The position numbers and the translations under genes were made by a program. Shown in pieces: positions 21,099 through 31,359 of a stretch of DNA of 64,000 nt (the stretch's first letter is position 1; each line of letters opens with the position of its first letter). The notes under the pieces are model-generated. The model saw only the letters and a list, made by a program, of their open reading frames with translations, was not told the DNA's origin and ran no database searches. Source of the stretch: an uncultured Acidobacteriota bacterium (GTDB taxonomy: Bacteria; Acidobacteriota; Thermoanaerobaculia; Multivoradales; JAHEKO01); NCBI GenBank assembly GCA_963713825.1, contig CAVQNG010000001.1, positions 288,001 through 352,000 on the forward strand, written 5' to 3'.

Positions 21099-21388
21099 CC
21101 TGCGCTTTCTAGATACTGAGGCTCCCACGAGAGCAACAGGGCTCCCGGTGTGTCCTCGACGAGATTTCTGATGCCCTGCATCATGCGCTCCATCTCGGAC
21201 CGGGAGCGATGAACGGCTGCTATGGCGATCTCGGCCCGCTGATGCAGGTCATGGTAATCGGTCTCGGCGATAGAGACACGATAGCGATGATGAATTCTTT
21301 CCATGATGCCTTTGATGATCCGCCGTTTCTGCTTGAGACTACGCCCCTCCGGAATGTGAAGCTCGAAGACTGAGATGACGACCACCAT
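21095..21388 (-). CDS. DUF503 (YlxP) family protein
   Basis: SLKQKRRII, VSIAETDYHDLHQRA; typical position between infB and rbfA. Confidence 0.9.
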   Translation of the reverse strand: MVVVISVFELHIPEGRSLKQKRRIIKGIMERIHHRYRVSIAETDYHDLHQRAEIAIAAVHRSRSEMERMMQGIRNLVEDTPGALLLSWEPQYLESAG

Positions 21389-21515
21389 GTTGACACCGGA
21401 TGGCGCCCTGCCGGACGAAACGCCCTTCTACGTCGTGTGTTGCCGGTAGAAGTCCCTACTTCTGGCTCGAGGAGCCCCTCGGTAGCGATGCGTCGCTTGG
21501 AGAGCGCTACCCGCT

Positions 21516-23960
21516 TCAGAGAGTTGGTGCGACCTCTTCTTGGATAAATGCCTCGATTGTGTCTCCCGGCTTGACGTCCTGGTAACGGTCCAGGCGGATG
21601 CCGCAATCGAAACCGGTTCGAACTTCGGATACGTCATCCTTGAAGCGTCTCAGGGAGCCGATCTTGCCCTCGTAGACCACGATATTGTCCCTCAAGAGCC
21701 GTACCGACGCGCTGCGAGGGATCACTCCCTCGACGACATGACATCCAGCGACCACACCCAGTTTCGGCACACTGAAGGTATCGCGGACCTCCGCGCGCCC
21801 TGTCTGCACCTCCTTGAAGGTGGGTTCCAGCAATCCCACCATGGCCTTGCGGATCTCATCACTCAGCTCATAGATCACGGTATGGAGTCGAATGTCGACT
21901 TCTTCCTTGTCAGCCAGATCGGTCGCCTTGCGTTCAGGTCGCACGTTGAAGCCGACCACGACCGCCCCCGATGCTGAGGCAAGGATGACATCGTCGGTTG
22001 TAATGGCGCCAACTGCAGCGCGAATCACCTGCAGCTTGACCTGGTCGGTGGAGAGCTTGCCGAGCGTGTCTCGAAGAACCTCGACGGAGCCTTTGACATC
22101 CGCCTTGAGGACGATTGGTAGCTCCTTGATCTCGCCTTGCTGAATCTGGCTGAACAACTGCTCGAGAGAGGTCTTGCCGATGCTCGGTGCGAGCTCTCGT
22201 ATCCGCTGCTCATGGTGTCGGAACTCCGAGATGGCGCGGGCCTTGGCCTCCTCTTCGACGATCTGGAAGAGGTCCCCAGCCTCCGGAACGTCTCCGAATC
22301 CCGTCACCTCGACGGGCGTGGCTGGGCCTGCTTCCTGAATCTTCTCGCCCCGGTCGTCCATCATGGAGCGGATGCGGCCCCACGTGGCACCGGCCACGAA
22401 GATGTCACCGCGCCTCATGGCACCGTTCTGAATGAGCACGGTAGCAACGATGCCTCGACCGACCTCCTTGCGGGCTTCGAGAACCACGCCCTGCGCCGGA
22501 AGGTCCGGATTGGCTTTGAAATCGGCCAATTCGGCGGTCAAGAGGATCATCTCCATCAACTCGGGTATGCCCTCATTCTTGAGAGCAGAAATAGCAACGG
22601 AGACTGTCTCACCGCCCCAATCCTCGACGGCCAGGTCGTGCTCGGCAAGCTCCTTCTTGACGCGATCGGGGTTGGCGTCCGACTTGTCTATTTTGTTGAT
22701 TGCGACGAGTATCGGTACGCCAGCAGCTCGGGCGTGGTCGATGGCCTCGACGGTCTGGGGCATGACGCCATCGTCAGCGGCTACTACGAGAACCACGATG
22801 TCGGTTGCTCTTGCGCCCCGGGCGCGCATCATGGTGAAGGCTTCGTGACCTGGTGTATCCAGAAAGACGATCTTCTTGCCGTTGACATCGACCCGATAAG
22901 CACCGATGTGCTGGGTGATGCCGCCGAACTCGCTTTCGGTGATTTTCGACGATCGAATGGCGTCGAGGAGTGTGGTCTTGCCGTGGTCGACGTGCCCCAT
23001 GATCGTCACTACCGGGGCTCGCGGAGAGGTAGCGGCTTCTTCCTCATCGAGCTCCAGTGTCTGCTCCTGCTGGAGCTGCATCTCTTCCTCGAAGGTGACC
23101 TCCGTGGCTTCAATACCATGCTGTTCGGCGATCTCGAGAGCGAGCTCGGTCTCCAAGACATGGTTGATGGTGGCCATGATGCCGCGCCTGACGAGAACCT
23201 GAATGAGGTCTTTGGCCTTGACGCCCAGCTTGTCGGCGAACTCACGGACCGTCATGCCCTCGGAGAGGGTGATTGGCGAATCGGGGGCCGTCGTCTTGAA
23301 GGTCAGAACCTGGCCGGCGCCAGCGCCCTCCTGCTTCCGACGCTCGGCCCGGCGCTCACTACGGCCCTTCGACAGGTCGACTCTGCCTACGACCCTTCTC
23401 GCGCCCTTGACCGGTGCAACCGTAGCTCTGGGGGTCTCGATTGGGGTTGTCTCCGTCGTCGGCGCCTCGGCGCCACTTGCGGAGGTCTCCTTGCCGACAG
23501 CGGAGTCGATAGTCTTTGCTCCGACGGCAGGATCGGCCGGAGCGGTGGTCGAGGTCGCCTCTTCAGAGAGCGTTACCTCAGGAGGAACGGGAGTCGTCTC
23601 GACCGGCGGCTTGTCGACCTTCGGCGGCTCGGTAGTCGGTAGCGTCTTGATCCGAGGCTCTACCCTCTGAATCATGGGTCGGCGGCGACCCGGACGAACC
23701 GGGCTGGTAGGCATTCTTCTCGGCGCCGGTCTGCGTCGAACGGTCGTCGTCGTGGCGCTCGCCTTGGCCTCCTCGTCCCTGAGAATGACCTCGCGAGGCT
23801 GTGGAAGCCTCTTGCCCTCCAGGATGGCTTGAATAACACCGGTGTCGATCTCGGGGTTCTCTTCATCCAGGCGGACGCCAATGGACTTCAGCTTGAACAG
23901 GAGGTCCTGCTCCGGAACGCCCATCTTCTGCGCCAGGTCTCTGACCCGAATCTTTCCCAT
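21516..23960 (-). CDS. infB: Translation initiation factor IF-2
   Basis: [33 protein letters not shown]. Confidence 0.98.
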   Translation of the reverse strand: MGKIRVRDLAQKMGVPEQDLLFKLKSIGVRLDEENPEIDTGVIQAILEGKRLPQPREVILRDEEAKASATTTTVRRRPAPRRMPTSPVRPGRRRPMIQRVEPRIKTLPTTEPPKVDKPPVETTPVPPEVTLSEEATSTTAPADPAVGAKTIDSAVGKETSASGAEAPTTETTPIETPRATVAPVKGARRVVGRVDLSKGRSERRAERRKQEGAGAGQVLTFKTTAPDSPITLSEGMTVREFADKLGVKAKDLIQVLVRRGIMATINHVLETELALEIAEQHGIEATEVTFEEEMQLQQEQTLELDEEEAATSPRAPVVTIMGHVDHGKTTLLDAIRSSKITESEFGGITQHIGAYRVDVNGKKIVFLDTPGHEAFTMMRARGARATDIVVLVVAADDGVMPQTVEAIDHARAAGVPILVAINKIDKSDANPDRVKKELAEHDLAVEDWGGETVSVAISALKNEGIPELMEMILLTAELADFKANPDLPAQGVVLEARKEVGRGIVATVLIQNGAMRRGDIFVAGATWGRIRSMMDDRGEKIQEAGPATPVEVTGFGDVPEAGDLFQIVEEEAKARAISEFRHHEQRIRELAPSIGKTSLEQLFSQIQQGEIKELPIVLKADVKGSVEVLRDTLGKLSTDQVKLQVIRAAVGAITTDDVILASASGAVVVGFNVRPERKATDLADKEEVDIRLHTVIYELSDEIRKAMVGLLEPTFKEVQTGRAEVRDTFSVPKLGVVAGCHVVEGVIPRSASVRLLRDNIVVYEGKIGSLRRFKDDVSEVRTGFDCGIRLDRYQDVKPGDTIEAFIQEEVAPTL

Positions 23961-24008
23961 TTCCTATGAAGCTCCCCTGTACCGTTGTCTATGCATTTCG
24001 ATCCGGCT

Positions 24009-25551
24009 CTATTCTTCTGCGGTCTGTTTGTCAGCGGCCGGATCTTCGGCGCTCGTTGGAGACTCTTCCGCCGGCTCCTCGGACTCGGCGAGCGCGGTGG
24101 CATCGGCTTCGCTCTTCTCAGCCTCGGCAAGTGCCTGGCTCAGGGCAGCCATGAAGTCGTCTCCCTCGTCCATGACTGCTGCGGCGAGCTCGGGCTCGGC
24201 GGCTCCATCTCCGTCTTGAGTGGGCACCTTGCTCAGGCTCTCGGCCTGATCGGCGGCCCAGGCCAGGATGGCTTTTGCGGTCTTGGGTCCGACACCTTCG
24301 ACGGCTTCGAGTTGCTCTGGCGCCGCGGCCAGCAGAGACCTCGAGGTCGCCGAATCCAGCCTCCTCGAGCTTCAAGGCCATCTTGGCGCCGACGCCAGGA
24401 GCGGACTTGATCGAGAACTCGGTGGCGCCCCCTTCGGGCATTTCCTCAGAAATCGCAGTTTGCAGGAGGTTGGCGAGCGCCCCGGCGACCTCGTCCTTGA
24501 TGTCGCTTTCACTCTTGATCTCGATCTGCGAACCGAGCAGCTCGGCTGCAAGGCGAACGTTCTGCCCTCGCTTTCCGATTGCCAGCGACAGCTGCTCGTC
24601 TTCGACAATCACATCGAGATGGGGCACCTCACCATGATGTGTGACTGAGACGCGAGTGATCCTGGCAGGAGCCAAAGCGCTTTGTGCGAATGTAACCAGG
24701 TCATCGCTGTGCTCGATGATGTCGATCTTTTCGCCGCGCAGCTCGCGAATGATGGACTGCACCCGGGAGCCCTTCATGCCAACGCAGGCACCGACAGGGT
24801 CGACGTCGCGCTCGCGACTGACGACCGCGACCTTGGCACGCTCACCCGGTGCGCGAACGGCCGCCTTGATCTGTACAGTGCCGTCGTAGATCTCGGGCAC
24901 CTCCATCTCGAAGAGCTTGACGAGCAATCGGGGATCGGTGCGGGAGAGGACCACCTGCGGCCCCTTCGGCTGCTGATGGACTTCGACGATGACGGCGCGA
25001 ATCCGTTCGCCCTGACTGTAGCGCTCATGACGGGCCTGCTCGCCGCGTGGAACGACAGCTTCGGTTCGACCAAGATCGACGATGATGTCGCCGCGCTCGA
25101 ATCGTTTGACCGTACCGTTGACCACCTCCCCGACACGATCGATGAACTCGTTGTAGATCTTTTCCCGTTCGGCTTCCCGAATCCGCTGATAGAGAACCTG
25201 TTTGGCAGATTGAGCCGCGATCCGGCCGAGTCCTTCCGTTGAGATGGGGATATGGATCTCATCGCCGACCTCAGCGTCCGCCTGATGATCCTGGGCTTCC
25301 TCGACAGTCCACTCCGAAAGAGGATCCTCGACTTCTTCGGCGACTGTCTTGACGATAAAGGCCGCGAACTTGCCAGTTTCGGGATCGAATGTCGAGCGCA
25401 CAGGTGCTTTGATTCGGTGCTGCTTCTTGGCTGCAGAGGCCATCGCATCCTCGAGGGCCGATATCCAGCGCTCGTAGTCGATGTCCTTCTCTCGCGCTAC
25501 CTGTTTGAGGACTTCGCTGAGGTTCACTTCAGCTGTCGGTGCTTGTGCCAT
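24009..25551 (-). CDS. nusA: Transcription termination/antitermination factor NusA, with +1 frameshift near 24339-24340
   Basis: GRIAAQSAKQV, S1, KH domains, DPVGACVG, LSLAIGKRGQNVRLA; HhH tail continues in the shifted frame to stop at 24009. Confidence 0.93.
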
Positions 25552-25563
25552 GTCAATCTGTTC

Positions 25564-26031
25564 CTAGAGTTCCGGCTCGAGGCGAGTCAGTTCAACGTGT
25601 TGCAGTGAGATGTTGAGGCTCTCACCGGTGGACGCTTCTTTCACTGCGACCTCTTTACCATTCTGGTCGAAAGCTTCCAGAGTACCCACTGTAGTCGTCT
25701 TGCTATTCGTAGCAGGATCACGCCAAGTGATCCTGACCTTGCTCCCGAGGTATTTGTCGTAGTCGTCTTGGCTGTAGAACTTGCGGTCTAGGCCGGGCGA
25801 GCTGACTTCGAGAAGATATCGACTGCTGCCGAATGCGGCCACGTCGAGAAGGGCCGAGGCATGTCGCGACACCGTTTGGCAATCGTCGACGGTGACACCC
25901 TCCGTTCGATCGATGATGAGTCGCAGCACACTACCTTGGAACTCACAGTCCAAGAGCGTGCAGCCGGACGCTTCGGCGGCGTCGGCCAGGTCATCCAGGA
26001 GTCCTGGATCGAGAGGGCTCGATGCATTCAT
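25564..26031 (-). CDS. rimP: Ribosome maturation factor RimP
   Basis: VTVDDCQTVSR, YLLEVSSPGLDR; first gene of nusA operon. Confidence 0.95.
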   Translation of the reverse strand: MNASSPLDPGLLDDLADAAEASGCTLLDCEFQGSVLRLIIDRTEGVTVDDCQTVSRHASALLDVAAFGSSRYLLEVSSPGLDRKFYSQDDYDKYLGSKVRITWRDPATNSKTTTVGTLEAFDQNGKEVAVKEASTGESLNISLQHVELTRLEPEL

Positions 26032-26061
26032 CTACTTTCTCTGAAGCTCTTTTTAGGCAAC

Positions 26062-26091
26062 AAAAAAAGTGAGTGAACCACCCACTCACTT
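26062..26091 (-). terminator. Intrinsic terminator/attenuator in the rimP leader
   Basis: Minus strand aagtgagtgg-gtgg-ttcactcactt followed by T run, between promoter and rimP start. Confidence 0.8.
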
Positions 26092-26117
26092 CGTCGCCTG
26101 ACAAAGCCAGCACCGAG

Positions 26118-26146
26118 AGTATAGTCGATCGTTCGGCAGTCTTCAA
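26118..26146 (-). promoter_or_regulatory. Sigma70 promoter of the rimP-nusA-infB operon
   Basis: TTGAAG-N17-TATACT on minus strand. Confidence 0.75.
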
Positions 26147-26327
26147 GGCAGTCTAGGCCCCGCATGGTCGATCGGCGGTCGGCAGAACCGGAGTGCCCCC
26201 CATCAATCGCTCGTCGAGCGGACGCGGTTCGATCGGCTACCAGGCCTGTCGGCTTTGGGCTCTGCCACTTTGGCACTCTCTGTCTGAGAACGGTCGCCCG
26301 ATGGCTGCAATTGCAGGGTGCGGTGTC

Positions 26328-26343
26328 TGGCAAGATCTTTGCT
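26328..26343 (+). promoter_or_regulatory. Sigma54 (-24/-12) promoter of degP
   Basis: TGGCAAGATCTTTGCT: GG-N10-GC, close to TGGCAC-N5-TTGCW; 56 nt before degP ATG. Confidence 0.7.
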
Positions 26344-26399
26344 AGACTTTCACTCAGTTGCTTCACACGATTGTGTGAGGAAAGGAGTCGCAACCGCAA

Positions 26400-27920
26400 A
26401 TGAAAGTACTGACGAAACAGAATCTGGTTACGCTGGTGGTCGTCTTCGGGGCGATCATCTTCGGTATGGTCCTGGCTGGTGGATTGGGACTTACCCCCAA
26501 GGGGCAAACCTCACCCGAGCCATCTCCCGCCACTCCCGCAGTGGCATCGGTCGCTGGCCAGAGCGCTGGTGGCCTGCCGAATTTCGCCGACCTGGCGGAG
26601 CTGGTCTCGCCGGCTGTTGTGACGATCGAAGCATCGACCTTCGAGCGCACCCGGGGAGGGCGGATGTCGGATCCCTTCGAGTTCTTCTTCGGGCCCCGGC
26701 GCCGTGAGCAGCAGGGGGAGCCCGAAGACGATGAGTTTCGATCGGATTCTGGCGGTAGCGGTTTCCTGGTTAGCGCGGACGGCCTGGTCGTAACCAACAA
26801 TCACGTTATTCGAGGGGCTGAGCAGGTTCGCGTGAGAATGGGCGACAGCGCCTATGACGCCGAAGTCAAAGGTGTGGATGCTGCGACTGATCTGGCGCTA
26901 CTGAAAATCGAGGCCGATGACGATTTACCTTTCCTTCCGCTCGGCGATAGTGACGAACTGCGGCCAGGCGATTGGGTCATGGCGATTGGAAGTCCTCTCG
27001 ACTTGGCCGATACGGTGACTGTCGGGGTGGTAAGTGCGAAAGGTCGGCGAATCAATATCAGTCAGGAGACGAGCTCTTTCGAGAGCTTCATTCAAACGGA
27101 CGCAGCGATCAATTTCGGCAATTCCGGTGGACCTCTGGTCAATCTGTCGGGGCTCGTAGTGGGGATCAACACGGCCATCAACTGGGGTTCGGAGAACATC
27201 GGATTCGCCGTGCCTGTCAATATTCTCAGGCAGGTACTACCCCAGCTGCGGGACCACGGGCGGGTGCGTCGGGGTTACCTCGGAATCGGTGTCAATGATG
27301 TGACCGATCGAGCTGCTGAGGCTTTCGGCCTCGAGTCGACCGATGGGGCCCTGGTGAGCAATGTCATTCCGGGCCTACCCGCTGACGTTGGAGGGCTGCA
27401 GGCCGGCGACATCATCTTGACGGTGGATGGCCGCCCGATAGCCAATACCCGCGAGTTGATCGACTATGTTTCGAATCAAGGTCCGGAGGCGACGGTCGAA
27501 GTGGAGATTCTGCGTGATGGGAAGCGCCTGGAGAAGTCCATCCAGCTCGCTGAGCGTCCTAACGAGACGGGCGAGGCCGAAGAGGAAGAGGGCTCTGAAG
27601 ATGCCGGCATCGAGTGGCTTGGCCTGCGATATCAAGACATCACCCCTGGACTGCGCTCCACGCACGGACTCCCGGAGGATGTGGTCGGCGTGTGGGTGAC
27701 CGAGATCTCGCCGCGCAGCCCCCTCTACGACGAGGGTGTTCGCTCCGGCCAGGTGATCAATGTCATCACCGAAGTGAATGGGCGTAGTGTCAGAGGTGTT
27801 GCCGAGTTCGAAGAGCTGGTGCGCGACGTAGAGTCGGGAAGTCGTCTGCGCCTCTATCTGCGAAGATTTGGGCGCGGCCAGGAGCTGCAGCCGCTGTTTG
27901 TTTTTCCAGCAGTTCCCTGA
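26400..27920 (+). CDS. degP: Do/DegP family serine protease with two PDZ domains
   Basis: GSGF, TNNHV, DLALLK, IQTDAAINFGNSGGPL, two PDZ regions, N-terminal membrane anchor. Confidence 0.92.
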   Translation: MKVLTKQNLVTLVVVFGAIIFGMVLAGGLGLTPKGQTSPEPSPATPAVASVAGQSAGGLPNFADLAELVSPAVVTIEASTFERTRGGRMSDPFEFFFGPRRREQQGEPEDDEFRSDSGGSGFLVSADGLVVTNNHVIRGAEQVRVRMGDSAYDAEVKGVDAATDLALLKIEADDDLPFLPLGDSDELRPGDWVMAIGSPLDLADTVTVGVVSAKGRRINISQETSSFESFIQTDAAINFGNSGGPLVNLSGLVVGINTAINWGSENIGFAVPVNILRQVLPQLRDHGRVRRGYLGIGVNDVTDRAAEAFGLESTDGALVSNVIPGLPADVGGLQAGDIILTVDGRPIANTRELIDYVSNQGPEATVEVEILRDGKRLEKSIQLAERPNETGEAEEEEGSEDAGIEWLGLRYQDITPGLRSTHGLPEDVVGVWVTEISPRSPLYDEGVRSGQVINVITEVNGRSVRGVAEFEELVRDVESGSRLRLYLRRFGRGQELQPLFVFPAVP

Positions 27921-27946
27921 TTCAGCGCGATCTTTCGAGTGTGAAT

Positions 27947-27978
27947 GGGTCGGCCCCGGGAGGGGCCGGCCCTTTTTT
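27947..27978 (+). terminator. Rho-independent terminator after degP
   Basis: gggtcggcccc-ggga-ggggccggccc-tttttt. Confidence 0.9.
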
Positions 27979-28040
27979 GTGCAACTGCTCGGGGTCTCCA
28001 TTTCGGTGAGGAAGATCCGAGGTAAACTCGAATTGACATC

Positions 28041-29429
28041 ATGAGCAAACCGGAAAAGACCACTCAGGCAACCGTGCTGATCGTCGACGACGAGAGCGCC
28101 ATCCGCGACAGCCTGCGAATGGTCCTCGAGTACGAGGGCTTGAACGTTGTGGAGGCCTCCAGTGGAGACCAGGGGCTGCAGCAAGTTCGCCGGGTCCAGC
28201 CGGATGCGGTGCTCCTGGACATCAAGATGCCGGAGTTGGATGGACTCCAAGTTCTGCAGCTTCTCCGGGAGCGTGGGTACGAGATGCCGGTCATCATCAT
28301 TACGGGACATGGCGATATCTCGACTGCTATCGAGGCAACGCGCAAGGGTGCATTCGATTTCTTCGAAAAGCCTCTGCAGCGCGACCGGGTTCTGCTGAGC
28401 TTGCGCAATGCCCTCGAAAGCTATCGGCTGCAGCAGGAGAGTCAGACCTATCAGGTTCGGGCCGACGAGTTGATCGGTTCTTCGGAGCCGATGCGAAAGC
28501 TCCGCGAGACAATCAAGAAAGCCGCGCCTTCGACCGCAACGGTGTTGATTACGGGTGAGAGCGGCACCGGCAAGGAGTTGGTTTCGAAGGGGCTTCATCT
28601 CCTCGGCTCGCGTCGCGACCGACCCTTCGTGCAAGTCAATTGTGCGGCCATTCCAGATGAGTTGATCGAATCCGAGCTCTTCGGACATGAGAAAGGCAGC
28701 TTCACGGGAGCGGTTCGCAAGCAGGTCGGCAAGTTCGTGGCCGCCGACGGTGGCACGATCTTTCTCGATGAGGTCGGCGACATGTCACCGCGAACGCAAG
28801 CGAAGGTCTTGCGGGTGCTGCAGAACGGGGAAGTCGAACCCGTGGGGTCGCATCAACTGGTGAGAGTCGATGTGCGAGTCCTGGCGGCTACGAACCGGTC
28901 GCTCGAGGAGGAGATCGGCGAAGGGCGGTTCCGCGAAGATCTTTACTACCGCCTGAATGTCCTACCGATCGGCACACCTCCACTGCGGGAGCACCTCGAG
29001 GACATACCTGAGCTGGTGGAATACTTCGTCCGCCGCTATGCGGCTGCCAACAACTTGCGTCCCAAGGAGTTCTCGGACTCCGCCATCCGCAAGCTCCAGA
29101 CGATGGAGTGGAAGGGCAACATCCGCGAGTTGAAGAACATCATCGAAAGACTGTTGATTCTGGGAGAGGACGCTTCGATCGAGGGCTCGGATGTGGCGGC
29201 GTCGTTTGGTGGTCAGCAGAATGACCTGACCGCCCTGCTGGGCTCCGCAACCACGCTGAGGCAGTTTCGTGAAACCGCGGAGCGGCTCTTCCTCGTCGAG
29301 CAGCTCGACAGGAACGACTGGAACGTGACGCGGACTGCGAAGGCCATCGAGACGCCGAGAAGCAACCTCTACAAGAAAATGGAGCACTACGCCATTCAAC
29401 GGGCCGGAAGCAATGACGAGGACAACTGA
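28041..29429 (+). CDS. Sigma54-dependent response regulator (NtrX/NtrC family)
   Basis: Receiver, GESGTGKE, ESELFGHEKGSFTGA, FLDEVG, FREDLYYRLNV, Fis-type HTH. Confidence 0.94.
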   Translation: MSKPEKTTQATVLIVDDESAIRDSLRMVLEYEGLNVVEASSGDQGLQQVRRVQPDAVLLDIKMPELDGLQVLQLLRERGYEMPVIIITGHGDISTAIEATRKGAFDFFEKPLQRDRVLLSLRNALESYRLQQESQTYQVRADELIGSSEPMRKLRETIKKAAPSTATVLITGESGTGKELVSKGLHLLGSRRDRPFVQVNCAAIPDELIESELFGHEKGSFTGAVRKQVGKFVAADGGTIFLDEVGDMSPRTQAKVLRVLQNGEVEPVGSHQLVRVDVRVLAATNRSLEEEIGEGRFREDLYYRLNVLPIGTPPLREHLEDIPELVEYFVRRYAAANNLRPKEFSDSAIRKLQTMEWKGNIRELKNIIERLLILGEDASIEGSDVAASFGGQQNDLTALLGSATTLRQFRETAERLFLVEQLDRNDWNVTRTAKAIETPRSNLYKKMEHYAIQRAGSNDEDN

Positions 29430-30006
29430 AGCCTGGTTGCGGCAGCAGCTGATCGACACCGGGGCGCTGCTGGAGGGGCATTTCCTGCTCTCCTCGGGTC
29501 TCCACTCCGCCGGCTATGTGCAATGTGCACTGCTGCTGGAGAATCCTCGCCGAGCGCGGCAGATCGGCGAACGACTCGCCGAGCAGTTGTCGGATCTGGG
29601 GCCGGATTCCGTTCTGGCGCCAGCCCTCGGAGGACTGCTGATCGGTCACGAGGTGGCGGCCGCTCTCGATGTTCCCTTCCGATTCACGGAGCGGGTGGGG
29701 GAGGGAATGGCACTGAGAAGGGGATTCGCTCTAGAGCGGGGTGAGAGGGTCGTGCTGTTGGAAGATGTGGTGACAACCGGCCGATCTTCTCTCGAAGCGA
29801 TGACTGTGGCCAGAGATCACGGGGCTCGAATCGTCGGTGCGGGATCGATCCTCGATCGGACCGGAGGGAGCAACCCTTTCGACGTGCCGTTTCGAGCTCT
29901 GCTGGCCTTGCGCCTCGAAACCTACCCCGTCGAATCCTGTCCACTCTGTGCGGCAGGCGACCCGGTCGTCAAGCCGGGCAGCAGACCGGCGCGGTCGGGG
30001 GAGTGA
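29413..30006 (+). CDS. pyrE: Orotate phosphoribosyltransferase
   Basis: GHFLLSSGLHS, LRRGF, PRPP motif LLEDVVTTG, KPGSR. Confidence 0.94.
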   Translation: MTRTTEAWLRQQLIDTGALLEGHFLLSSGLHSAGYVQCALLLENPRRARQIGERLAEQLSDLGPDSVLAPALGGLLIGHEVAAALDVPFRFTERVGEGMALRRGFALERGERVVLLEDVVTTGRSSLEAMTVARDHGARIVGAGSILDRTGGSNPFDVPFRALLALRLETYPVESCPLCAAGDPVVKPGSRPARSGE

Positions 30007-30019
30007 GAGTGCCGCTTTC

Positions 30020-30048
30020 TTGACCCCTCGAGGGGCGGTTGCTACGAT
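30020..30048 (+). promoter_or_regulatory. Sigma70 promoter of the acyl-CoA dehydrogenase gene
   Basis: TTGACC-N17-TACGAT. Confidence 0.6.
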
Positions 30049-30109
30049 CGCTAGCGTTCAGCCTGTCCCATTTCTTTTCGACGATTTACTCCCAGTTAGA
30101 GTCGAGATC

Positions 30110-31255
30110 ATGCATATCGAGCTCAGTGAGGAACAGTGTTTATTGCGAGACTCCGTTCGGGAGTTTGCAGAAGAGGTCGTGCGGCCTCGCGCCAAAGAGA
30201 TCGACGAGACTGGGGAGTTTCCGCGACAGTTCTTTGCGCAGGCTGGAGAGCTCGGACTGACAGGGGTGGCGATCCCGGAGGAGTACGGAGGTGCCGGAAT
30301 GGACCCTCTCTCCTACAGCATCGTCATCGAAGAGATCAGCCGGGTTTGTGCGAGCAGCGGGGTGATCCTGTCGGTCAACAATTCCCTCGTTTGCGACCCG
30401 ATCCTGAAGTTCGGCACCGACGAGCAGAAAGACGTTTTTCTGCAACCACTCGCCCGAGGTGAGAAGCTCGGTTGTTTTGCGCTGACGGAACCCGAGGCTG
30501 GTAGTGATCCAGCGGCGATTCGTACGACGGCAGTGCGAGATGGCGAAGAGTACATCCTCAATGGCAACAAGGTGTTCATCACGAGTGGTACGGACGCCGA
30601 CGTGGCGATCGTCTTTGCCACTGTTGACAGGAGCCTGAGGCACAAGGGAATCACCGCGTTCATCGTGCCGGCCGAGACCACTGGCTACAGTCACGGCAGC
30701 CATGAGTACAAACTCGGGGTCAACGCCTCCGGCACGACAGAGTTGTCGTTTGCGGAGATGAGGATTCCCGTGACTCAGAGACTGGGCGAGGAGGGCGGCG
30801 GGTTCAAGGTGGCAATGAGTGCCCTCGATGGCGGCCGGTTGGGGATTGCCTCACAGGCCCTCGGAATCGCTCAAGGGGCGTTCGAAGAAGCTCTCTCATA
30901 CTCGATCCAGAGAGAACAGTTCGGGCGTCCGATCGCCGATTTTCAAGCGATTCAGTTCTATCTCGCGGACATGTCTACGGAGATCGACGCCGCCAGACTC
31001 CTGACCTGGAAGGCGGCATGGGCCAAAGGCTCGGGCCGCAGGTTCAGCCTCGAGGCCGCTCAAGCGAAGTTGTTCGCTTCCGAGATGGCGCAGAGAGTCA
31101 CCAGCAAGGCTCTGCAGATCCACGGGGGCTATGGCTACATTCGGGAGTACAACGTCGAACGGTACTTTCGAGATGCGCGGATCGCGGAGATCTACGAGGG
31201 CACGAGCGAGATCCAGAAGATGGTGATTTCAAACTGGGTGCTGCAGAACACTTGA
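30110..31255 (+). CDS. Acyl-CoA dehydrogenase (short-chain/butyryl type)
   Basis: CFALTEPEAGSD, LNGNKVFIT, REQFGRPI, QIHGGYGY, IYEGTSEIQ. Confidence 0.95.
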   Translation: MHIELSEEQCLLRDSVREFAEEVVRPRAKEIDETGEFPRQFFAQAGELGLTGVAIPEEYGGAGMDPLSYSIVIEEISRVCASSGVILSVNNSLVCDPILKFGTDEQKDVFLQPLARGEKLGCFALTEPEAGSDPAAIRTTAVRDGEEYILNGNKVFITSGTDADVAIVFATVDRSLRHKGITAFIVPAETTGYSHGSHEYKLGVNASGTTELSFAEMRIPVTQRLGEEGGGFKVAMSALDGGRLGIASQALGIAQGAFEEALSYSIQREQFGRPIADFQAIQFYLADMSTEIDAARLLTWKAAWAKGSGRRFSLEAAQAKLFASEMAQRVTSKALQIHGGYGYIREYNVERYFRDARIAEIYEGTSEIQKMVISNWVLQNT

Positions 31256-31359
31256 GCGCCAAACTGGGCACACATTGGGTAGCAATCAACCTGTTACAAT
31301 CGAGCCGCTTGAAAAGCTCAGAGACTGGTTTTCAATGAGCTGAGCGATTTGGAGAGCCT

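Noticed and set aside
15715-28688. Long antisense ORFs (15715-17115, 22137-23642, 27375-28688 and similar)
   Set aside because: Shadow frames opposite pnp, infB and degP/ntrX, expected at high GC; no recognisable motifs.
31265-31283. Sigma54-like GGCACACATTGG before the RomR-like gene
   Set aside because: No GC at the -12 position.
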